DNA of 63,110 bases, filler included, from Cercozoa sp. M6MM (Eukaryota; Protista; Endomyxa: Ascetosporea), in assembly GCA_040357565.1 (NCBI GenBank). It is 9 parts of 9 records of this genome, joined end to end, with 100 filler letters (N's around TTAATTAATTAA, not from the genome) between each part and the next. Parts side by side here need not be neighbours in the genome. Positions count along the whole stretch, not along the records: positions 22,054 to 53,849 come from JBDODJ010000128.1; 8 more parts are not named here. The stretch is one strand, 5' to 3'. The translations under genes and the position numbers were made by a program. The notes beneath the pieces were generated by a model. That model saw only the letters and a list, made by a program, of their open reading frames with translations. It was not told the origin of the DNA and did no database searches. Position 1 is the stretch's first letter. The number at the start of each line of letters is the position of its first letter. Positions 37,672 to 49,793 of the stretch are shown one piece after another.

Positions 37672-38060
37672 GTTGATGAGCTCGTTGTTGAGAGTCCTGC
37701 ACACACCCGCACATAAATGTGACCAACGCAGCACTTCAGAGCACACAACGCACAAAATACGCAAATCGGCCAAAAATGCGCAGAATCGCGCCAAACAGCG
37801 CAGCGCAGCACGAGCATGCCAGCTGCGCCCACAGTATATACCTCTGGGCAACTTACACAGCAGTAAACTTTTGTTGTTTATTACGATTTGATGAGCCGGA
37901 GTGACCGTCGCTCCACAGGTGTTTTTGAGATCGCCAAACGCTGGCAACAGATATAATAGCGCGCACGAGTGGGCTACTGCGTGCTACATAAACGTAGGGA
38001 GTGCGATTACGCGTTAGTCGGCTGGAGAGGGTCGCGCGCGTTTCCGCACATCATCAAAAA

Positions 38061-40329
38061 ATGCTTCAACGTGCTTGGGAGCAAGTGCAGAAGAAATTGG
38101 CACGGTACTCTCGCTGCTTTGTCAGTTAAGACAGCTACGCAAGTGTTGCAACCCAGCCGAGCGCTGAAGCGCAACAAGGCGCTGTACGAGTCGACCGACG
38201 ACTTTGTTGCCGCCATTCTCCCGGCAGCTGATGTTCAGTTTAACAGGTACCTTCCAGCTAGTAGTGCCCATGCTTGTGATATAAAAGACGTACCCAGGTC
38301 GCGTCCTGGTAAACGTATCGAGCAAGACCGTCGCTACCTTGCACAGCTGCAGCAGGTAATTTTGTGGATGTGGTGTACTATCGTTGTTCAACAGGCGGGA
38401 GTGCCGTGTCACTTGTAATTCAACACAGGACACACTGGAAAACTACGTGCTGCATGTGGCCGATCCGACGTCGCCGAAGCTGGAGATGCTCTCAATCGCC
38501 GAGCGTGTGCACTTCATTTCCGACGATCAGTTTTTTGGTGTGATTAAGCTCGCTGACCTCAGCACTTGGAATTTGCAGTTGATTTCGTTGTTTTGTCTGT
38601 CTGCACAGGACCGCGCACCGGTACGCCGCTGAACATGGCGGATATGCTGCCGAGAACACAGCGAGGATACTTTGTACGCTCATTTTTTGACGTGTTGTTC
38701 TTTGTGTTGTACTTGTTAACTTAAAATGAATCCAGACCCCCAAGATGATCGTGTCGAGGCAGTCGCACCTTATCTTCCAGCAGTGTGCTCGTCATGTACA
38801 TTCTCGGGCACACTTAAGTGCAGATAAATAACTCGCTGTACGTTTGTGTGCATTTAGGCCATGCACCCGCGCTTTGTGGCATCGATCGGCATCTCACCCT
38901 GCACGGACACGGACATCTTCGTCATCAGCGTGCACCTGTGGTTGGCGACTCTCGCGATGAACCGCTTCGAGAAAGAAGTCAACCTTTCGGAGGAGTCGGT
39001 GTGCCCGTTTGTTCCGCTCCGTGTGGTTGTTGTCTGCCTCAGGTGTTTTTGTGTCTGTACGCAGAAAGATGACAGCGTTGACGTGCAAATGCATGCCACT
39101 GCAATGTATGTGTCTATGCCTGTGTATGTGTGTGTGTGTTTGTGTGTTTGTGTGTATGTGTCTATGTGTATGTATCTGTATGTATGTTCATACTTGCAGG
39201 TTCAACTTGCGACAAGAGATCATGAACCGCGCACAGTACGACTTCCAACGCCGCTGTGCCATCGACCCCGAGTATGACCACCTGTCGCAACTCAAGCGCA
39301 TGCGTGTCACTTTGGATGTACCCCCCCCCCCGTCTCATTATCCCTGACTCTCTGTATCTGAGTCTTTGTAAATCATGCACACGCACGCAGCTGGCCTCGC
39401 TGGTCCAACGCTCGTTCGACATGGCGTGGAAAGACGTCAAGTCTGGCCACGACCCCGACGCGTTCGCCAAGCTTACCATGATGTAAGTGCACCTGTGTAG
39501 GCACAAAGACGCACACACCTCTTGTTATTTTGTTTTTTTGTAGGTTGCAATTCAACCACTGCGCCGACCACACGCACATGGCTAAGTTGCGTGCCTTCGG
39601 GGACTACGTTGAGAGACAGGTGCCTCCATCCTAAACAAAGTGCAATCAAGCACTCGACGTTAGTTGCACATGTGTCTGTGTAGGCCAGGAAGTGCGAAGC
39701 CTTGTCGTTGTGTGACATGGCGAGTGGTCGCATACCATTTGACGAGCCACCTTCTCCGGTGTGTCGAAACCTGTTGTGTCTCTCCTTTTCTCGTTTCAAC
39801 TCTGTCTGCACAGGCCGACGTGATGGACATGATGCCGAGCAACGCCAAGTACTTGCGTCAGTGTGGCAGCACACCACTGAGTGCCGGTGTAGATGCCGAC
39901 GCACACAAGTACACTGTCAGTGCGATGCAACCGCTGCACATGGAGGGCGTCGAAACTGGTGCCCTTCATCCAGATCCTGCTGTGTCTTCACCGAGTGGAC
40001 TTGTGTGTTCTGTATCTGTGCAGGAGCACCAGGTGTAACATCGCACCCGTACGGTGATGACGAAGCGTTGGTGCGACTGGGGGAGGAACTGGCTGTGGCC
40101 GAGGAGCGCTACTTTGATCAGCTGGCCCGTGTGATGTGGCGCTCTTCCGCGCACGACTTTGTCCCGGTACCTTCTGACTCTGCGCTGTGTGAGTTGCCAT
40201 GTGTGCGTGTACCATTGTGTATGTGTGCCACTTGTAGTCGCACGTGGCACTCGAACCCATCGAGCACGCCGGCACTGTTCTGCCTGTGGACCGAGCTTAC
40301 GCCGAAGTAAGTTCATGGCTTTGTGTCTA

Positions 40330-40368
<39 letters not shown>

Positions 40369-40392
40369 GTGTGTGTCTGTCTGTGTGTCTGG

Positions 40393-40460
<68 letters not shown>

Positions 40461-40906
40461 ATATGTTTGCTTTGACAGGCCAAGGCCAAGGAGGACACAG
40501 GCGAGTGGATTCCCGAGCGTGTGCGCGACTTATGGGAGAGCGGCCAAGTGCAGCGCAACGCGTGCCTGGCACCTCCGCGCACCGAACTGGAGGCACTTGC
40601 GGTGGGCAGACTCGACACCAAGCGTGCCTGGATGCCACACCCCGACTCGGATGAAGGACGCATCCTCGATGGACTCTTGTTCCCGAACGGCATCCATGCG
40701 CCACCCATCGTAACTCTCCAGTCTACCGTTTTGTCGTTTTTGTTTTGATCTGTCCATCCTATTTACGTCTGTAGGATGAGACGAAGGACATGCGCACGCG
40801 CATTGCAGTGCGACGTCACAGTCGTTCGATTCCAGACATGTTCACGGAGAGCGAGATTTCGGCGGCGATTGAGCGTCTGAAGCAGGAGATCGCTGGCTCA
40901 GAGTGA
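38061..40906 (+). CDS. Cbp3/UQCC1-like cytochrome bc1 assembly chaperone with a long C-terminal extension, many exons
   Basis: LIFQQCARH...TDIFVISVHLWL and LRAFGDYVERQARKCEALSLCDMASGRIPF parallel the Cbp3 blocks (LHVWM ... YVRKQ ... GEVSW). Confidence 0.6.
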
Positions 40907-41074
40907 TGACGCGCGACCGCGTACGCTCAGTTCACGAGACGTGCGGAGAGCTCGAGTGCACATGCGCCGTGCTGGCAGATCTAGATTGCGTTGGCGTGGG
41001 TCGTAGTCAAAACGTGTACTAGCCGAGCGTACTGTAGTCAGTTCGGTTCACTAGCTGCGCTACGTAACGGAATG

Positions 41075-41151
41075 CACGGCCATGCTCTTGTGACCCACCC
41101 CAGACTGGTGCAGGGGAACTACATAGTTGGTTTCCTAGAAGACTCAACTAA
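41075..41151 (+). mobile_element. 77-bp 5'-truncated non-LTR retrotransposon insertion with a 15-bp TSD
   Basis: Matches the 3' end of the 55763-56907 element. Perfect direct repeat CTACGTAACGGAATG at 41060-41074 and 41152-41166. Confidence 0.93.
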
Positions 41152-41165
41152 CTACGTAACGGAAT

Positions 41166-41227
41166 GGCCGTGCACTTTCGACCCACCCTAGACTAGCTGT
41201 TGGTTCCGTGCAGACTCTACTAATACT
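41166..41227 (+). mobile_element. Older, diverged copy of the same 3' tail, directly downstream of the young insertion
   Basis: GGCCGTGCACTTTCGACCCACCCTAGACT...GTTGGTTCC...AGACTCTACTAA aligns with GGCCATGCTCTTGTGACCCACCCCAGACT...GTTGGTTTCC...AGACTCAACTAA. Confidence 0.6.
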
Positions 41228-41818
41228 AAGTACGAACGAAACTCGACTGAAAACGAAACCCAACTGCCGGCGTTGGTTTGTTTCCCGCCCGGTCGGCTTG
41301 GTTGAGTGAGTTTAATTCTAAATTAGTATAAACTTAATTGAAAATACATTTAATAGTACTAAGAACGGCAGAAACCGACTGCAGTTCTACGGCTACGGCT
41401 AGATTAGCATACAGTGCCAGAGCTACTGTTTGTAGGGGGGACCTGCTCCGAGCGAGTTTCTGCAACACGGATAGAACGGCGCAGCTCTGACCTTGCCCTT
41501 TCCTGTACCCGATCACAATTGGCACGTGAGATATGGAGACCCAGGCGAGGGTCAGGAAAGCGTTGTGAGTAGAAAATGTACGAGGGCTGCGCGTCGCTGC
41601 TCTATGTTTGCACGCACCTGCAGCTGTCTACGATTGCGCGATCGTGAAGGCATACGCACTGCGTTAGAAAATTAAAGATAATAAATTTTACGCTGTATAT
41701 CAGGGGAAATTTACGCTCGCGCTCGTTCAGTTTGTTTAATTCCGCTGCAACCTCGGTATACCTGCATGAAATAAGAGGCAGAACATTAATCACATACATA
41801 TTATGTCATTCGTTGGTT

Positions 41819-43511
41819 TTACTTTTGCTCAAGAGCATCCAAATCGTGCAAGATATTTCCATCGGCAGTACGTATGTCTCGCTGACCTGTTGAAACTGAA
41901 AACTTGCTGGGGACTTCCTTTGCTGTACGAGGCCGCTTTCGACCTTCTGTATGACTACGATAGGGATATCGGTCGTGTTCCTGCCAAAAGTCGCTGTCGG
42001 TGGTGTGAGCGATGGGCGAACCACCCCTTTCTGGCACATTGCGTTGTATTGCACCACGTTCAAAGTTGCAAATGAAGTCGGCAGTCGGGTTTTGAGCTTT
42101 GGGGGGGCTGCGCTTCATGTTTGATTGCGACGGAGAGGGCTGTTTCAGCGCCGCGTCGATTGCATATTCCAGGCGCGTGTCTTCGTCCAATATGTCATAC
42201 CCCGCAGTATCTGTCTCCTCCGGTTTAAAGGATGCTTCTCGTGAAAATGGCAGTTGTGTGTGTTGTTGCAGTCGTCCGTATCGATGTCTTTCTACGTAGT
42301 GCATGAGACGCTGCTGTTCAACGAGCGATTTTTGCAGTTGCTGATACAGTTTGTGGCACTCCTGCTGCGACGCCTGTAGCAGCGGTACTACGCGACGTAG
42401 CTTGGCTATCGCAGTGTCTTTCGTTTCCTCACACTCACGCAAGCATAGCGCGAGCTCCAGGTTTTCGTTTTTTTGTTGCTCGTACTGAAAGGGAAAGCAG
42501 GAGGATTGCGGTGAATTGATAGAGGTATACTACATTGTATACTGGTACCAGTCTCTGCGTCGCGATTAATTTATCTTGAACGGTTTCATGATTTTGACGA
42601 AGCGATTCAACTTCACTCTGGCACTGTTTTTCCATCGCGCACAAGCGCTGCTGGCACTGTTCCTGCGCCTGCGAGACTTGCGCCATCGCACGTGACTCAG
42701 CTTGTGTGATTTTTTCCTTCAGTTGTTGAGCTTGTTCCTGCCACTCAGAAGCTTGTTGTTGCTCGCGCATTCTCGAAGCATCGGCGACAGCCTTCTCGTG
42801 CGTCGCTTTGTTCAGCAAAGCCTGCGTCTCGTGTTTTTCCCGCTCGATGAGTGCAACGTGCCGCTGTAGTGCCTCTATCTCCATCTTGTACCTGTTTTCG
42901 ACTGCTGAAATGGCCTGCTGTCGCTCGTACCACGACCTCGCGCACTCGTTCTGCAGATGCTCCACAATCCGTGTTTGTTCAATGCTCGCCGTTTGTAGGG
43001 TGTCTAGTTGTTCATGTAGACGCTGACACTCGCGTTCCCAATGAGCTGCCACGCGTGCATGATGACGCACCCGGCTTTGCAGTCGACCATGCGTGTGTGC
43101 TCGTGTTCGAACAAGTGAGAGGCGGCTCGATGAACTCGGTAGCTCTTTTGAAACAACCGAACAGGTGTCGTCAATCCCGTTCAAGTTCGTTTCTCCTTTT
43201 GGCGCTTCTTGTGTAGAGACTCTAGCCTGGCGCAGCGAGGTAAACGACATTGCATCGCTCGTTGTCAGTGTGCCGTTGTCAGTCTCTCTCATCCTCACAG
43301 TGGCCTGCTTAAACTTATCTAAAGGAAAAGAAAAACCTCGTCTAACTAGTACCTGTACGTGAGGTACTGCGATGAGTTGGTGTTCTTTGTCTGAGGGCGC
43401 TTGCTGCTGCATGCCCATCGATCCAAGGTGCGATGAGACACTGCTTAATGTCGACGCTGTGAGAGATTTCGCCAGCTGTGCGACGAAAGCGTACTCATCG
43501 TCAGGTCTCAT
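41819..43511 (-). CDS. Hypothetical long coiled-coil protein, intron-poor
   Basis: Two long ORFs rich in E/Q/R heptads, joined by a probable intron near 42480-42548. Confidence 0.65.
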
Positions 43512-43922
43512 GTGCGTGTCCGATAGCACACTAATCAGCTATTACAGAATCAGCAGTATATACTGTACACATCAGAACACGTTGCTTGAAGATTCAATAC
43601 CTTCATTGTTTCAAGCAACTCCCCCGCCCACTCACGTCTCCGCTCCGTAAACGAATGTGTGCTGTGTCCCTGTACTAACGCAAAATAACGGGTACCTGTA
43701 TCGCGCTTTGCCTGTTTAGTGCTGTGAGCTATCTTTCCGCTTCCGCGCGGAAGAAGTAGCTACAGCAAGCTGCTAAAGTTTGTCTGTAGCCAGAATTTCA
43801 CGGGGAGTGCAAAAATATAGGCAAATCTGTGCACTCACTGCTGCTTATTTGAGCACACAGTGGCTGCCACACCACGAAGATAGTGTAGGCACGCTCGTGC
43901 GCTGCTCGATTAGTTGGAGCAA

Positions 43923-45426
43923 ATGACAGAATCAGGTGAATACCACGGACTGTCCGCGCGAACTCGTGGTCTGCTGATCGGTGAAGTGCAGACGGTGCTG
44001 GCGGCAGCTCGACTGCGCAACGAGTTGCTTGAGGAGTTCGCGAGGCTGCTGCCGCAACTGTGCTGTGCCGCCGCTTCAGAGGGAGACGCCGTGTTAGCCA
44101 ACGGGTGGGGTGAAGTGGACTTGTCGCGGTGTTTGGCGGTGTGGACACGTGCCGCCGAGGCCGAGAACGTGAGTGCCCACGTGACTCTGACGGTGCTGGA
44201 GTCACTGGCTCGAGTGATGGCTCTGTGCGATCGATCAGACATTAGCGAGGGTGACGCACACAGCGAGGGATGCACCGACGTGGCGGCACGTGCCATCACG
44301 CGCATCCAGTGCGAGCACTCGGCACTCGACCGACGCATCGGTTTCTCCATCTCCCTTTCTGTATCTTTTGCCCTTTCAGCGTGTGCTTGATTCTGCTTGC
44401 AGCGATAGCACTACTGCACCTATCGTGCCGCCTGCTAGAGCTGTCACGTACCGTTGCTAGACCAGACTGCAGTCTGCAGTGTGTGCATTGTGTGTGTGTG
44501 CGTGTACCGTCTGTGTATATACTGTGTGTACGCGTGCGTGTAGCATCCAAGCACACCACCCTCAGAGTGCTGCACGAAGCCCTGCGACACCGCAGTATCT
44601 TCCTTTTCCAAAAGGTATCACACGTGCAAGATACTGCTGTGCATGTGTTACAGGTCCAAGTTCGCGCCTGCAAGTGCGGCGTCTTTTCAGTGTGCGCTGC
44701 CCCTCTCGCGATATAACGCTAGCTTCAATGAGCTTTGACACAGTGTGGTATTTTACAGTTGGCAAAACGCCACGTGTCGCTCCAGTCGCTGCTGGACCTT
44801 GTCGTACCCTGCCCTCTCTCTCTCTCTCTCTCTCTGGCCGTTGTTGGCTCCTCATGTTGGCTTCTCGTGTGTGTTTCCTCATGTCTGCCTGTTGTACCTA
44901 CGATGAAGACACCTGTGTTCGTAAAAGACGGTGACTTTGGCGCCGACATTGCAATTTCGGTATTGACGCCACCTCTCGCAACTGCTGAGGTACCTGAAAA
45001 CCCGTGGGAGTATATGCACTGTGTCCTGTGAATTCGTCGTGGTGCAGACACAGGTGGACGACGTTTGCTGCACGGCGCTGGCACATCTGCACTCGCCGCA
45101 CTTTGGTACTCCTCTGCCCCCTTGCCTGAGGGAAGAAGGTGCTGAGTAGTTGGAGACTGCGTGCGCAGAAGTGTTTGCAAAAAACGTGCGTGTGACTCGC
45201 ATGCTGATGCCACTCGGTATCCTACCTCTCCTGTTCCTTTCTGTCTCTGTCTCTGTCTCTGTCTCTGTCTCTGTCTCTGTCTGTCTCTTTCTCAAAGTGT
45301 TGCAACCGCAGTGTCTCCGCTGCAGTGTGCCGCACTCGTTGATGCCTTGTTGCAGCATCTGTACCCGTCTCCTTCTGTGTGTGTGTGTATGTGTGTGTGT
45401 GTGTGTGTGTGTGTTGTTGTTGTTGC

Positions 45427-45462
<36 letters not shown>

Positions 45463-45620
45463 GTGTTGATGTACGAATGTGTGGCCACAGAGACGCAGGC
45501 GACCAGACGAAGCAGACGACAGTTCTCGAAACCTTCTTCGAGATCTCGGCCAATCTTCCTCTGTTTCTCTCGTGTACTTCCCTTTATCGTTTCCTGCAGT
45601 ATCCTCGTTGGATTTACTCC

Positions 45621-45668
<48 letters not shown>

Positions 45669-45678
45669 NNNNNNNNNN

Positions 45679-45729
<51 letters not shown>

Positions 45730-46965
45730 GTGTTGTGTGTTGTGTGTGGATGTGGTGTGTGTGTATGTATGTGTTCCAACGCAGTGGCCCATACAGACGC
45801 CGACTACAGCAGTGCCAGCGTAAGACTCAGACATATGATTCAGCCACACAAAGTACGTGTGTCACCCTTATCCTCTTTCTCTCTCTCTCTCTCTGGACAG
45901 ATTCCGTTCGAGAACTTGGTTCGCAAGCTCCGCCGACTGGCCGTTCCTGCCGGTACCTCGCATTCCCTGTCTCTATCCCCCTATCCCTGTATACCTCTAT
46001 CCCTCTATATCTCTATCCTCCTGTCAATCATCTACCTTCAACTATTCTACTTGTGTGCACTCACAGAGCCGCATGAGGATGCACTAGGACAGCTGACACG
46101 AGCGCTGTTGCAGGAGGTACATTAAAAATTGTAATCTTGACCGGACATGCAAGGTGTGCGTGTACAGACTCGAGAGCAAGTGAGCGAACAGACGCGCCGA
46201 CTGGCCAACAACATCCTCATCAATGTACACACACACGCACACGCACACACACACACACACACACACACCTCTGTGTTCTAGATGGCAAGGTGCGCGTGCC
46301 AGTTGCCGAGAGTAGTGTTGCAGCACAGGCAACTGCAGCACATTCGTGCTCGCAAGGTACATTGACTCCCTCCCCTAGTTACCCCTGTTACCCCTGTTAC
46401 CCTTGTCCCTACCCCTTACTCCTTTCTGTAGGAAGCACTGCAGACAGCAGTGCGTGCGTTCAATCTGGCCGGGCACAAGGCCTTCTCTGACATGCAGTCT
46501 GTACCATAGCATGTCAACGTGTTTGTGTCGGAGGCAGTATGCGTGTTTGTGTCTTTGTGTATGTGCAGTTGGAGGTGCTACCGGCGCCTGTGACGTCAGA
46601 AAGCATTGCCGACTTTTTGTATCATCACTCGGCTCTGCTGGACAAGGTTCTTTCCCTTTACCCCTACCCTCTTAATCCTGCTTCCCTGATTTGCTGAATA
46701 GAAACGCGTGGCACAAGTGCTGATGCGGAACGAGCAAGTGCTACGCGCCTTTGTTGCACACCTGCCTCTGCAGGTATTGATCGATGGATGACTGACGACC
46801 TATTGAAGGGTATTTAACTACATCATGCTGACTCAGGGTCTCACCCTGGATGCTGCGCTTCGATCACTTGTGTCGCACTGCTTTCTCCGGGTACTGTGTT
46901 GTGTTGTGTTGTGGTGTGAGTGCGTGCGTGTGTGTGTGTGAGTGAGTGTGAGAGAGAGAGAGAGC

Positions 46966-47029
<64 letters not shown>

Positions 47030-47302
47030 GTGTGTAGGGAGAGGCCCAACAGATCGAGAAGGTTCTCGAAGCCTTTTCCGAGCATTACTTTGAGTGTCTC
47101 GGCGGTAGTTCTCTCAGTGTCTTTCCTGTCCACTCCTATCGTTTTCCTGACCCTTCCGTATGGAGTGTCTATGCTTGCACCGTCAATGTGTCTGAACGTC
47201 TGGACAGACGGAGAGAAACCCTTCGCATCAGCAACGGCCGTTCTCGTCGTGAGCTACGCCGTCGTGATGCTAAACACGGTGTGTCTGCCTAGGGTTAACT
47301 TG

Positions 47303-47351
<49 letters not shown>

Positions 47352-47361
47352 NNNNNNNNNN

Positions 47362-47410
<49 letters not shown>

Positions 47411-48319
47411 TATGTGTGTGTCCTATAGGATGCGTGGACAGCGACTGTCAAAAATAAAATGTACCAAAAATCGTCTCCTTCTCCCTCCAGACCCGTCATG
47501 AACAATGTAGGACAAAGGAACAATTTCGAGCCAACCTGCGTGGAACCAACACTCCGTACTGTACCACACAGACGCGGGCACATTGCCCTCTTTTAGCATG
47601 TAGTCCTACCTTTTGGCAAATACAGAAAGGACGCGGGAAAAAACGAGGCGGGCGAGTTTGACCCTCATGTTCTCGACGCGTTGTACGAGGTGCTCTCTCT
47701 TCCCCCGGTTATACGGTTATACCTTAAAATTTACCTCGCTTGACTTGAAGTTTGTAACTTTATTCGCCTCCCCGTGTGCAGTCAGTCACTCAGCGTCAAA
47801 TCCGCATATCTGATCATGTAGGTTAAATATAAGCTATCCCCTGTGACAGCACTCCCGCATATGTGTGCATTATCTGTACTGTACTATCTTTGACTGTACT
47901 ATGCTGGCTATACTGGTCTGGGACCGAACTGTACTGTACTGGCTTCTGGACAGGGCGTGAGCGAGGTGGCCGACCTGCGAGACTGGTGGCGCACGCTCAG
48001 TTCTGGTCGAAGCGGCAGTGACTCAGAGTCGCTCGTGTACCTCGGTATTGTCTATCTTTCCCGCTACTCTACTCTACCCATTCTACCCACTCAACCCCCC
48101 GTCCGTCCTTCTCTGCCCCTACCCCACCCATCTTACCGTCCTCTACCCTACCCTACCCATCCTACCCGTCCCCGACCCCCTACACTACCCGCATGTGCAG
48201 TCGTGTCGCACGTCTTGGTGGACACACTGTCGCACCTGCTTGTGCACATCAAAAACCCCTCCGGTGAGTTCACCTTAAAGTGGGGGTGGGGAGTAGATGT
48301 TTGTGTGTGTATGTGTGTG

Positions 48320-48368
<49 letters not shown>

Positions 48369-48378
48369 NNNNNNNNNN

Positions 48379-48426
<48 letters not shown>

Positions 48427-49675
48427 ACAGACAAGAAGGCAGCAGTGTGGACGGCGCTGTCACTCTCCGCACGTGCGCGAATGCGACGTCACTGGACGCA
48501 CCTGGCGCAGTTCCTGTGCGTTGCCTGTGTGCACTCACCTCCCCGCTACTGTATTACATGACACCGTGCTCGGACAGACTGGACACGAACCAGACCGAAG
48601 TGTTCCTGTCGGCGGTCGAATACCTCGTTCACAAGGTACCTACGCTCGCTCTCTCTCTCTCTCCCTCTCTCTCGCTCTCGCGGAGACTGTCTCTAGGCGA
48701 GCGATGTGGCAGCCGAAGCGGTGACTGCGTCGATGTGGCACGCTTGCCTGTCTCAGTTGATGCCACTTCCCGCCGATGCCGCCTATCTGGACACTGTTCC
48801 GCCTATCGATACCTGGTGCAAGCACTCACTATATCTACTAGTGCACATTGTTTACATTTGATATGCGTATGCGCAGTTTTCACGGCCAGCTGCACAACTT
48901 TGGCGACCACAGTATCGTGTTGCCTGTCGGTTCGGAGGATGGCACTCCCAACGGCAAAGACGGCGTCAACATAGTCGACGACAATGACACCGACAAGAGC
49001 ACCTCCGGTGGCCGTGGTACCATTGCGACTCAGACTGTTTTGTTGCACACACACACACACACACACGCGCACGCACACACAAACACATACGCACACACGC
49101 ACAGGTGGCTTATTGGTGTCGCTGCTGTCGTACCTGTCGACGACGCCTGTCTTTAACGATAAGCCTGCCGAGGGTACGCTCTGTGTCTGTGTTCTGTGAA
49201 AGCGACGCGGAGGAGAGTACCTGCGCAGAGGCAGAAGCAGATGAAGTGGCAACAGAGACGGCATTAGTCGCCACCGACAGCGACAGCGATGACGGCGAAA
49301 TGACACGACGTATTGTGCAACTATTGCGCGACATGCGGCTGTTTCATGGTAGCCCTGCCTTGGATACGAAAGAGAAAAGAGTGCGGGAGCATGTACGGTG
49401 TATACGTGCAGGCATAAACACCCCACTGCACGAAGCTCTGAGTGCGATGGCACTGAGCGATTGCAGTGTGACTGACGGTGTCGCTACTGATCGAGGCGAT
49501 CAGTGCACTGCCATCTGGCTACTCATGCGCGATCACATCGATCTGTGCGGCCACGGTAGCAGCAGCGGTGACGGCAGCAGCAGCAGCGAATGGCTGCGTG
49601 TGCTGCACTCGTTGAGTCGAGTGACCTATGCGTATCTGCCCTCCTTGCTCATGCTGACCTATGCGTATCTGTGTA

Positions 49676-49724
<49 letters not shown>

Positions 49725-49734
49725 NNNNNNNNNN

Positions 49735-49793
<59 letters not shown>

